This document shows, one piece after another, positions 1 to 10,971 of a stretch of 64,000 bases of DNA. The translations under genes were made by a program, and so were the position numbers. Below the pieces are notes generated by a model. It searched no databases. It was not told the DNA's origin and was given only the letters and a program-made list of their open reading frames with translations. The DNA is from Spizellomyces punctatus DAOM BR117. Lineage: Eukaryota. How positions within the stretch are numbered: the first letter of the stretch is position 1; the number at the start of each line of letters is the position of its first letter. The DNA lies in assembly GCA_000182565.2 (NCBI GenBank), contig KQ257450.1; one strand, written 5' to 3'.

Positions 1-48
1 TGCGAGTGCATCTTCGACCTCCGAGACGAGTTGCTGTAGTGGTGGCAT
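1..48 (-). CDS. Possible 5' end of a gene running off the left edge (MPPLQQLVSEVEDALA...)
   Basis: ATG at 48 in an AAAATG context, with an open helical-looking frame to position 1 and an AT-rich upstream region. Too short to identify. Confidence 0.3.
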   Translation of the reverse strand, partial: MPPLQQLVSEVEDALA

Positions 49-288
49 TTTGTATCGCAAGTTTTATAAACAATAGTTTTTATGGCTTTGACTGAGGGGA
101 TTGACTGCTGTCTTTGTCATCCGCGTCCTTATCACCAGACGCGTCCCTCAGATCGAATGGTTTGCTGCAACAAACGAGTTGTCAATGTGTGTGTAGGGTG
201 GGGGTTTGTATTGTAAAATATGCGATATGCAAAACTACAAAACTGGAACGACAGCAAGTGTAAAAACACAATTTGCAACTATCTCGGC

Positions 289-775
289 TTAACCTCTTGA
301 TCGACTCCTATTGGCTTTTGAGATATCAACATCGTCACCCTCCGCAGTGTCCGCCTCCCAGGCTACAGAATCATCTGTTCCACGCATTGATTTCATGACT
401 TCATCATATGCCTCCTTGGAAGCCTCTAAATATTCCTTTGCCTTTGGGTCCTCAATTTGAGCAATCTCCTCTGCAATCCGGGTGGAAAGTGCAGGGTCTC
501 CTGGATGGGTAGAATGGTCGGCGGGGACATGACCAGGAATTGTGCGAGGATCCTCATGATCAGCAATAGAGAGGGCTTCAGTGTACTTGTCAAAAGCAGA
601 GTGGAGGGCTGCTGCAGGGCTACCGCGGGGAATGCGACTGTGTGTGCGGACAGTTTCCTGTGAGTAGGGACAGTTTGCTTACACGTCTACGAGTACATTA
701 CCCCAGCTCTCGCTCTGTCAAAGAGTCCAGCTCTGCTTCTTGTCCTTTGAGTTTTGCAAGCGTTTCTTTAGACAT
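289..775 (-). CDS. Small two-exon hydrophilic hypothetical protein (140 aa) with a weak SMP/LEA-like motif
   Basis: Exon 1 is 775-702, the intron is 701-638 (GTAATG...CACAG), and exon 2 is 637-289 ending in TAA. The product reads MSKETLAKLKGQEAELDSLTERELGRIPRGSPAAALHSAFDKYTEALS...EEIAQIEDPKAKEYLEASKEAYDEVMKSM...SRSRG. The total is 423 nt, in frame. It is absent from the ORF track. Confidence 0.65.
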
Positions 776-2789
776 GGTGTTGCTCTCTTCCTATCGCACG
801 GCTGCACTGTTGCGTCAAAAACTCAACATCCCCAAAGCTGAGTTTCCCGTGACGAGTGTCGTAATTCGCGTGGGTGGCACAGCTTTCCAAAGCTCTGGTG
901 GCTTGGCACTTTGCTGCTTGGGACGTTTTGCTTTGCAGGATATTTCCTTACCGTCTACTAGTATTGCTTGACCAGGATATATATCCCTACCATATAACTT
1001 TCATACTTGACGGCGGTTAATCATCTCGTCAATAAGGTATGCCATGATCTGCGTTATTCAATCCTGTCATTATTTCCCGTCGATTCTCAACAACGGCTGT
1101 TGCTGCCAGCACAATGCTGTGGTCACTATCCTCCAGCAGGCAGGACACAGGCATACCCAGGGTACGGGTAATGACAAACCGCTGAGGCGCAATGCTTTGA
1201 TTAACTGGATCTATGGAAGAGCTCTCCACCTCGACCACAGCACAATACGGTCTTACACAAGTGCTTCTCAAGACGATCGTCATCTTTTAATAGGCCCGAC
1301 TTCATATATGCACCTCGCGATCGTGGGAATCTTGAGGTATTAAAGGCAAAGACTGGTCTTGAGCAGTTTGCCATCAATTCGTTGGAATAGGGCCTCTTTG
1401 TCTGCATGCGCAAAAAGAGGGACTCTTTTCCGGAATCCGGCCCTCTCATTAAGTAATATGACACGTTCAGCAACTATACTGCCATTAATAAAGATACGTC
1501 CTTTTCCATCTTGAGGGACTGCAAAGATGGCACATCGGTTAGCGACGTTATACCATGTCCATTCACAAGCCGCGTCAGAATACACTGGTCGCAGTCTGAC
1601 AAACGTTTCTAGCGTTTCAATACGTGCTCTCAGGTGAGAAGACGGGTCAATGATGCTCTGAGCAATATGCTTCTTTTACTTGATGCAAAAGTAAAGAGTC
1701 GGATGGAATTGGTTTTTCGGAACTCCTGGACTGCCCAGTTCAAGATGAAGGACTTGTTTCCGTCCGGTTGGTGGTATCAGGATTACAGCGTCATTTATAT
1801 CCTTCTCTGAGCCTGACCTACTACTGCTTCTCGCAGGCTGCTCTCTTACATTGACGGGCGTAGCTTGATCAACCCTGGTGACGCTTTTATTGACGGTACG
1901 CTATCGCTCATTTGTATGAACGCGGAAAGTAGAGCGACATTGAGTGTGTGCGGTTACGCATGTACTCATTCAATGGAGCCTTCCTTTGGTGAGGTACATC
2001 AGCCGGGCTCAGCTCGCACTGTGGGAGCGTGAAAGCGCTATAATCCATGGCCAGGCGCTATGATCAGCAAAGAGCGTCAATACTAAAATGACAACCTACT
2101 ATAACTCCCGGGAGACAAAGGAGAACCAGGTCAGAGAGGAGTTTGGCACACTCGGCAGGTCCTCGACGAGTCGACATGGTGTCACTCCCAAGCCAAGCGG
2201 AAGTCGCTCCATATGGTATGACTAAAACATGGCTAATTTCAGTAGGAGAGACGATGCTATGCTCGCTACCGGAGACCTCCATAGCTGCAGGTTGCTTGCT
2301 CATAAGCCGAAGCTCAAATCCTTTGGAAATAAGTATAAGGAGCAAAGACATGTCGCACAGATTACTTTCCGCTGCTTTCTGCTCTGAAATCAGGTATGTT
2401 TAGCATTGCAGCTTTAATGTCTTCCTGTTCGATGTGGAGGCCGATCGATACAGCAGCTTCTGTAAACCGCTGCCAAATGCACTCGATGGACCATTGGAAT
2501 GGGCCTTAATTCTCAGCAAGGAAGTGAAGAAGCAGGATGCCGGTTTTATGAAAACCAATGAAGTATTATTTACTTGTATATTTCCTCTGGACTATCTGAT
2601 ACATGCTCCTAATCTATGCAACTGTTGCTTCGACAATGCCACTGCTCAAAACGTTTGGAAACTGAAACATTCCCTCGAAGAGCAGCGGAACTTGAAAGTA
2701 GCTGAATCCTCTTGTCAACCAGCCTTCAGCATAATGACACATTGGAATATATCCAATTTTATCACGTTTAATATGCTTATGGAATGAAT

Positions 2790-4486
2790 CTATATACTAA
2801 AAACCAAGGATGTCCCATCATCCGATCCTGTTATAATGGTCCGTCCGTCCCGCGTCATGGCAAAATCTAAAATTGTTTCTTGATGCCCTCGGAATGTTTT
2901 TAGACATTCTCCTGTTCGCGCATCCCACACTTTGACAGTACGGTCAGCAGAGGCAGAAGCAAAAATGGGTTCAGACGAATGCCATCGAAGCTGTGTCACG
3001 GCGTCCTATCGTACATTATGGTTAGCAAAAAGCGGGATTGACGGTTAGATACAACAACTCGTCTACCTCGTGCCGAACAGATTGGCGAAGACGAAGACCC
3101 GTCACATCCCAAATGCTTATTGTGCCATCTACAGAAGCAGTTGCCGCCAATGGCATTCTGATAATACGACCAGTAGAGGTGAGCACCAAGTCAAGGATGC
3201 CATTTCAATCTTTAAAAACTCACGATCGACAGAATCCAACAGCTTCAATTGAATCGGAATGATTGTCAAAGGAGGCCAAGATCTGGGTGGCAAAATGTGT
3301 TACTGTCACGAAGGCAACAGCAAGGACGATGCACAATCGCGGCTTACCCGTCCATTGCCAATATGGACTAGTCGTGCAGTACCGTCCTGGGCGCCCGTGA
3401 GAACCAGTTGATTGTCGTGATGTATTGCAACAGCTGTTATAGGCGCATTGTGGAAACGTGCATCCTCTCCAGTTATTCTAAGATTCGCATTCGCCGTTTT
3501 GGGATCCCACACGATAATGGAACCGTCACTGGACCCGGACACTATAGTTTTGCCTTGAATTCATGCCGTGTCAGGAAGTAGATGAACAGAGAGCATTTTG
3601 ACCAACGCTGGCTCACCGTCTGGGGCAAATTGACCGCAGCTGACGCTATCAACATGACCACTAAACACATTCATGCAGTTTCCGGACGGAACTTGCCACA
3701 TCCACATTGTTCCATCTTCCGTACCAGCGAGGAGCACATTGCCTCGTGGATGCCAATTCAACCACTGGAGATGATCCAAAGTTAGAATAGCAGTCGGGTT
3801 TCGACGTAACATCGTCACTACCCACCGTGATCTCTGTGGGGCCATCCAGCGTCACAACCAACTCCCCTGTGGCCACCGTGAACACATTCACCTTCCCGTC
3901 CATTCCTCCGCTGGCAGCAAACTGCCCATCTGCGCTAAAGCCCACCGCAATGATAGAGTCTTCATGCTCTGCATTGAGAAAGTGCATCAGAAGGTCATCT
4001 CACGGGCCTCAAGTTTCCAATGGCGACAACTCACGAGCGAGTTCAAAAAGCTTCTCCCCAGTATCCGCGCGCCACAAGTAACTCTTATCGTCCCCTCCAC
4101 CCGTCATAACAATTGCTTCCTGTGTAGGATGTATTGCCACAGCATAAACAGGTTCTACAATATAGAATCGCAGTTCATGTCACACTTGTGGTTCTGAGGA
4201 AACAAGGACACAATAGGCTACGTACGACGATGGTCAAAGAACCCTTGTATTGAATCATCCACAAGAAGGAGCTGATTTTCTTCGCCTTCTTCGTTTTCTT
4301 ATTGCAGCATAGCATTCAGCAGTTGCACTAATTTCTATAGGTGGGCCACTGGGACGTACCATCCTCGTCCTCGCTCATAGGCTCTCCTGCTTCATCGTCA
4401 ATTACCTCGCCAACATCCTCTTCATTCAAATACTCGAGGTCTTCCTCTGTACTCCCTTCCTGAGTAGCTGGCGCAAGGTTGGCCAT
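2790..4486 (-). CDS. SQT1: WD40-repeat ribosome assembly chaperone Sqt1/AAMP (uL16/Rpl10 chaperone), multi-exon
   Basis: Acidic N-terminus (MANLAPATQEGSTEEDLEYLNEEDVGEVIDD), then DDSIQGFFDH, TGGGDDKSYLW, EHEDSIIAVGFSADGQFAASGGMDG, WLNWHPRGNVLLAGTEDGTMWMW and the final blade GHQETILDF...ITGSDDGTSLVF. These match the Sqt1/AAMP pattern and are joined by short GT-AG introns. Confidence 0.88.
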
Positions 4487-6774
4487 GTCGAAAGCGGATT
4501 TCTAGTGTGAATTTGCTTAATGGTCAAGGCGATCCTCAAAGAATTTGGAATCCTTTTTGTCACAGGTGGCTGTGCAATTATGTGACTGTGCATTTGTCAT
4601 TCAATTAGAACATATATGGATTAAATTGCAGATTACCCAATCACCCAACTGCCTTCCGCTGTCTGCATTGCAAAGCGCACAGCGTTCTCCATCGACAAAG
4701 CGGATACGAAGCAGGTGGCCATGCTTGATATTTCTGTCTTGCAAGTATGGTGTGGGTCGTCGGCATCAATAAGCGCTACTTTTGAGGATAAGAGGCCACG
4801 TCGAGGCGGCGTCTAAGGTTTGCGTTGCAAGTCGATTAGTGTGTTCCTTCCGCCTAGTGCAATCACGGATATGCCATAAATGACAGGTTGTGGTTCTGGT
4901 TCTGACGCACAGCCGTGCACCCTCCTCTGACTTTCCCTTGCCCATATTTACCGGTCCAACATAAGCCAACACTTCTTCCCCCAAAACTCAACAATTGTTT
5001 ACACAAGAGGGTGACGGGCCTTTCCTTGACCACATTTGGTTTTGTGAAATCACAGAGATTCTATTTGCAGTTCGATTTCTATACTACAAACGAAGGGCAT
5101 AATATCTGCCAGGGGTGCCGGACCTACCAGTAAAATAACGAGAACAAAATTCATGTGCACGCCATACTAGGTGATATCGTGTATCTCCCATCACTTAACG
5201 AACCAGGTATATCCATGGTTCAGATTCACTTTTAGGGCTTGCCACATACTCCCAACTATCTCACTATTTTCTGCGACAACTCGACGTTAACTAAGCAGTA
5301 CAACCTCCCGATCAAAGGACGGCAGCTCCCATTGACAGTAACCGACGATATAAAGGGCTCGCGAAGTGGCACTCCTGGAACCAAACCTTCCGACCCACGC
5401 AGAACGATCGATGGTCTCGGCGTATGCTCTTGCGTTTCCAGTGGCAGCGGTGTAACGGCAGTGTACGCATCCTTCTATCATTGTGGATTCCCTTTTCACC
5501 GTCAGATTCGAGCACGTTTAGCGATGTAAAGGTCACTTGAGGACCTGACACAATGAGCGGCACGATGCATAGAGTGGCCAGATAGGATGGTTCCATTTAG
5601 TGCTTCAAGGGGCAACACGCATGGATGTTCAATACCCTCTTTATTCCAATACAGTGCTATTTCTGTTTCTCGCGTTTGCGGCTTTCCATGTCTTGCCCAA
5701 TTCAGACTGGGGTGGGGACCATGAGGCAGATGCAGGTGGGATGCTTCGCCTCCAGCACTAATACCGCGCATGTGGATGTCGAAAGTTTGAGTTAAGTCAA
5801 CAATCATATTTTGCCCCACTTAAAAAGCAGAATACGTAGCGACGAGATACTCCGTGGTCTCGAGATCTGTGCAATTATTTCTGCCTTTTGCTCACGCAGT
5901 TGAGGTCGGCGACCATGTTGCATCTCGACAGTTCTAGCGGAAATCTTCATGATACATTTGTGCAAAATACGGGGCAAATGGAGAAAAGTGTATCATCGCC
6001 CATCCATCGAAAGCATTCCAGTTTCAAAGTTCCTACGACAAAGGCAGACGTCCGAATCCTTCCAAAAGAAAGCTCAAAACCAGGATCATCTACTCTGCTT
6101 GTTAAAGGCTTTATGAAGATCCCGATTTTTCTCCAAGTTCAAATACATATATTGTCTGCCCTTGCCGGATAACACTCCTATTCGGGTCTTCTTCTCATAC
6201 GAAAGGCATTCATTTTGATAAATCAGACCAAGAGTTCTTTGGGTTAATGGAAGATGCAAGAAGCCCAGAGTACCATGGCACTCTGTACGGAATGTAGCAT
6301 ATGGTCATGCCAGATCCCTCATGTAACTTTCGCTTTTCACAGCTCTTGGATGCTGCTTTTGACTGCGTGATTGACCTGTACTTGGAATATACTTTCGGCG
6401 TCTATATGCTGAGAAACTCTTGTATGTGGAAATGGACTTTTAAGACAGCATCCACTGGCCCGGTCAAAGACGCTTTTGCTGATTCGGACGATTATGAAGA
6501 GACAGCGTTGAAATACACATTGAAATACACACACAATCAGTCGCTCCAGGAATGAAATATCCAAAGCAAGCATGCCGTACAAAAAGGTCGCAAGCCCCCA
6601 CCATAACACGTATGACACAACGGTATGTGCAGGGACTTGACAGCTCTTGTGCAATCATCGCATGACCAACATGTTCTTTTGCACTTTTAAGCAGAATTGC
6701 AGCCAATTGTCTTTTCATACATTCCATCTACATTGCAGAGAGCTTTATTGATTGACTATATCAAAGTTAACAAT

Positions 6775-8233
6775 ATGCCCAAATCAAAGGTCTTTGTTTC
6801 CAACTCTGTAAACATTATCGGTGAGCACCCTTGGCATGATGCTACGAATCACCTCTAGGTCGTCCGTCCCCACCTTTAACCTCTCGTAGGCTTCCCAACC
6901 TGCCGCGAGCTAGCCAAAAAGAAAGATTTGGTGGAATTAGTTGCTCATGTTCACGACCAGCGGCATCCAAAGACAATGCAAAGACTGGAAGAGTTGGGTG
7001 CTCAGGTCATTATTGCCGAACACGACTTTGTGGAGCAACTCAAACAAGTCTTTGAAGGAGTGGACAGGGTTAGCTGGCTCTGTTCAGGCTAGTTGGATAT
7101 TTTGTTTTTGACAGAGAGTTGCATTTAGGCTTTTATCATACCCAAATTCGATTCGGGGTTGAAGCATCAGTTTAGGGAAGAGAAAGCAATGATTGAGTAC
7201 GTGCTTCCCTTACTGCCCTTCATGGCGGCAGATGGTAACTTTTGGAATTTGACTCTAGAGCTGCTCGGAAGGCCGGAGTAAAGTTTGTCCTCATGATGGG
7301 TTCATCTGTTAATGCTGATCAAATCGATCGTAAAGAGCCCTACAAGGTTATTCAGTATTTTCGTACTTATTGGTATGGCCATGTCTATGGTGAAAATCAA
7401 TGCTTGAGTTCATATCGTCTCGCCCACCACGGCAAAGGGAGCTTGAACGGTACTTGCGTCGCCAGGACTTTTTACCGGATGCCAAGGGAGAAGTCAAAAA
7501 TGCTATTCTGAGGGCCAATGTTTACCAGGAAGACCTTGTGAGGCATTAGCGTACTTTAACAGTTTCCTGGTGAATGCCACGACTGATCAGACTTGTCGTC
7601 GACTAGCTGTTATTTGCCGATCAGATCAGGAATAAGAATCTTTTACATCTCCCGATTGGCAGTGAAGCAAGGTTTGCACCGGTTTCGACTCTTGATGTTG
7701 CGCAGGTAATGATTTCAATGGCATTTCATCTATATACGCATTGACTTTTTGAATATAGGCTGCCGTTAACATTTTGACAGCCAACGAATCGGAGCTTCTT
7801 GTATTCCACCATCGGCATATTTACGAACTCACAGGTAACCAAAACCGATATTTCTCAGATTTGTGTAGGCGCCTTGCTTATGGAGCCAATGGTCGATCTA
7901 GGGCCGGAAAGCTTGTCCGGGCCGGAAATCGCCAGTATTCTGTCAAAGGTTACTGGCCGTAAAATCCAATATGACGGTAGCATCCCAGAGAACCGTGGCA
8001 AAGAGTACCTCGAGTCTCTAGTCGTTCCGCCGGACCGAGAACATCGGGAACGGCATCAAGTGCCCTTATCCGAGGCCCACGAGCTGATGGAGATGTTCAA
8101 GTTGGTGAAAGATGGACTCTTGAAAGATGTTAAAAGTGACTTGCGCCATTTGATTGGAAGAGATGGCACGACGGTGAAGGAGTTTGCAGAAAAGCTTCGT
8201 TCCAAGTTTGTGCCAGAGGAGGAGGAGGAATGA
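6775..8233 (+). CDS. NmrA-like NAD(P)-binding Rossmann-fold protein (atypical SDR), 8 exons
   Basis: The spliced product reads MPKSKVFVSNSVNIIGFPTCRELA...VFEGVDRAFIIP...MIEAARKAGVKFVLMM...AILRANVYQEDL...LPIGSEARFAPVSTLDVAQAAVNIL...YELTGPESLSGPEIASILSKVTGRKIQY. The motif order is typical of the NmrA family. Confidence 0.85.
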
Positions 8234-8585
8234 AAAGATCCCATTCGAAAGACAAAAAATATCAGCGCATGCACTCTTGAAACGTTGATACGATACAATG
8301 CAGTGTACGGAGAGTTAATCATATTTTGTCCAATTTGGCATCGTTTCTACGCAATGAGCCCATTATCTCTTCTGGCCCCAATTTCACACAAATAACAAGA
8401 AACCACATCGCAAACCACGTCCGCTTGGCCTATTGGAATACTCTTGTGTAATCTGACAGTTATTCTAACATAATTTCTGCATAAAAATAAATGACGTCTC
8501 ACGCTCGGATAAAAAAAAAACGATCAAAACATGAAAACTTGAAGAACCTCTATCCTACGACTTTCCATCGCAACCGTCAACTGCC

Positions 8586-10648
8586 CTACAACTTGGCCTT
8601 CGGGGCACCTGCACTAGCCTGTCCCGCCAACTCGGCTTCAAATACTGCCCGCATGTCCCGGAGTGCTTCAGCAAGATAAAAGTGCATCCGGTCTGCGCGC
8701 ATTTCGTTCAAAGAGGCAACATTCAGGTGGAGAGAGCGTTCCTTGACCATGTACGCAATACCAAAACCGTCTGGCACAACCTCTCCCCATCCGTAACCAT
8801 CGTAGTATTCTGAAGAAATCTGCGACGTTGAAAGGAACCAGTGCTTGGAGTACTCAAAGGCCGGGTCTTTGAAGAAGGCTGGCACTGGTTCTCCGGGCTT
8901 GAGAGAGAGCTTCAGCCCAAGCCACAAGCGGTCAACACCCTTGTTTTCAACGGCATCATTCATGTACTTGACGTGAGACCCTACAGCTTTTCTTCCGAGC
9001 TCGGCCTTCTTCAGTGGTGACACAGTAGGATCTTCCATAGCCTTGACCCAGTCAACACTCTCGATACTAACGGACCGGCAAGTTTCTGTGCGTCCGAACG
9101 CAAACTTTCTAGTCTGTGCACTCTCGTAAGTGGGTCTAGAAACACCGTGCATTTTGTAGTATGCGAGTTGGATCGCCATTTGCACATACGCGTCAGGAGA
9201 CATTTTGAACTTTTTGATAAGATCTTTGCCGTAGTCAAAGAAAGCTTGGACGCGCAAATCGTGGCGTGCAATGAGGGAATCAAAATGATTTTCTGCCGAT
9301 TCAATACGGCTGGAGAGGGAAGGAGTCAACTCAAACGCGAGCTGTTGTGGGTTAGGCAGTTTGGAGGTAGCGCTGGGCGATCCATGGTTGATCTTGTTGC
9401 GATCAAGCCCAGTGCATATCCAATCGCACATGTTGCTTGTAGGTGTACCGTCCATCATCGAGTGCTCGCCAAGGAAACCAGCCTTGCCATTTTCAAACAC
9501 AATGAACTGCAGAGGCTTGTCAAAGAAGCGGTTGCGTCCGTCTCCGTGCCAGCAAGCACGACTGGCTTCATCACGAGTGACGGGCGAACTGTCATCCAAG
9601 CAAACAACAAATGCAGCTCGCTCAATAATGTCCAAAGAGGCGCGATTTTTAGGGGACTGCACAAGCTCTTCCCGGGTCTTTGTCCAGATATCTCTGTGCT
9701 CAGAGGTCAGAACGCCAATGGAAGGCGCTGCTTTATCACCGGCTTGATCATAGATTGCCTGAATTTGTCTGGATCGGCCGAATGTGAGTGGAGACCGTCA
9801 TCAGCGTGCAACAACCGCCCAGCACATACCTTTCAATCTCAGCGGTTGAAAGTTGACGACCATCGGGATGACGGGTATCAAAGGTGAAAAACTGATTCTT
9901 GCGGATGACAACAACGTGAGTGTTTTGACGAGGATCCGACACCCGAGTGGTATCGGAGGGAATCTGAGGGATACGGCAAGCATTGAACATCCACTGATAT
10001 TGATCCATAGACAGAGCGCCGCCTTTAAACATTTCGGGCTTCAACTCCTCCTCGACGACAAGGCGCTTGAATTCCAGCGCACCAGTTATGAGGGCAGCGG
10101 CACGCGTTACAGGAGCCTTCCATTCCTTTCTCAACTCATCCTTAAAAACGAAAAAGTAGGAAACATTGATAACGACCGGGTCTCTGTAACCCATATAGGA
10201 CCAGTCGTTCCACCAATCATACAGCCAGCTGGTCGACGAGGTGGCAGCGCGCTCCTGCAGTCGCTTGTGCAATTCCTCGCCCTTTCCGCCAGGAGCAATG
10301 AATTCTCGTACAACTTTTTCAGAGTGTGCATATTCTGCGTCAGACAAGATGGGTTTCAAGCTGCGAAGGTACTTTGTCGCAGTTTCTTGAAGCGGAGCAA
10401 CCGGCAACTTGGGAACAGCATGCTGTTGCGCAAAGAGGGGCTTGTTTGGTCCCGAGGGAGTGAGAGGATGCATGTTCAAGGCGGTAGTGGTGGCAATTGA
10501 ACGGGTGCAAAGAGCTGAAAAAGAGTGCTAAAGAAACAAATCAGTTCCCGGGCAACTCCGTAGCAACCGAGACCATTTTGCCATTTACCTGAGTCGTCCG
10601 AGTCTGTAATGTGCGTGATAGCAATTGCGATGGAGCACGAAACAGCAT
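8586..10648 (-). CDS. CAT2: Carnitine O-acetyltransferase with an N-terminal mitochondrial presequence and a C-terminal PTS1 (AKL)
   Basis: Exons are 10648-10589, 10527-9830 and 9768-8586. Motifs include PKLPVAPLQET, SWLYDWW, NRFFDKPLQF, catalytic GEHSMMDGT, SPDAYVQMAIQLAY, YESAQTRKFAFGRTETCRS, LSTSQ and GWGEVVPDGFGIAY. The protein ends in AKL. Confidence 0.95.
10544..10567. promoter_or_regulatory. Tandem RFX X-box-like sites in intron 1 of the carnitine acetyltransferase gene
   Basis: GTTCCCGGGCAAC (10544-10556) is followed by TCCGTAGCAAC (10557-10567). Both carry the RGCAAC half-site of RFX/Crt1-family sites. Confidence 0.4.
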
Positions 10649-10837
10649 TCTGCGCGTCCCCCGCAATCAAGATGGGAGACTTTAAAAAAAGTTTGAAATC
10701 GACGACGGGAAAAGCTGCTTGTCTCTTTTTATATTCGGAACTAATCCTCCCGAAAGACGCGGACCTTTTTGACTCGAACGTGTGTCACCCTCCATCGGAA
10801 TTTAAAATTGCCTTCAAGCCGAAAGTTTTTATTTTCA

Positions 10838-10912
10838 AACAACAACGACGAGAACAACAACGACGAGAACAACGACGACGACGACAACGAGGACGACGAC
10901 GACGACGAGGAC
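10838..10912. repeat. Compound trinucleotide repeat (AAC/GAC/GAG units)
   Basis: The sequence aacaacaacgacgagaacaacaacgacgagaacaacgacgacgacgacaacgaggacgacgacgacgacgaggac is read directly, between the zinc-finger stop codon and the CAT2 start. Confidence 0.9.
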
Positions 10913-10932
10913 AATGTGTTTTCAACGTTGAA

Positions 10933-10948
10933 ATATATATATATATAT
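10933..10948. repeat. (AT)8 microsatellite
   Basis: atatatatatatatat is read directly. Confidence 0.9.
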
Positions 10949-10971
10949 TATGTGCAAAGCAAGGACACAGA

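Noticed and set aside
9147-10500. Long + strand ORFs of 246 and 215 aa
   Set aside because: They are antisense shadows of the carnitine acetyltransferase exons and have no recognisable motifs.
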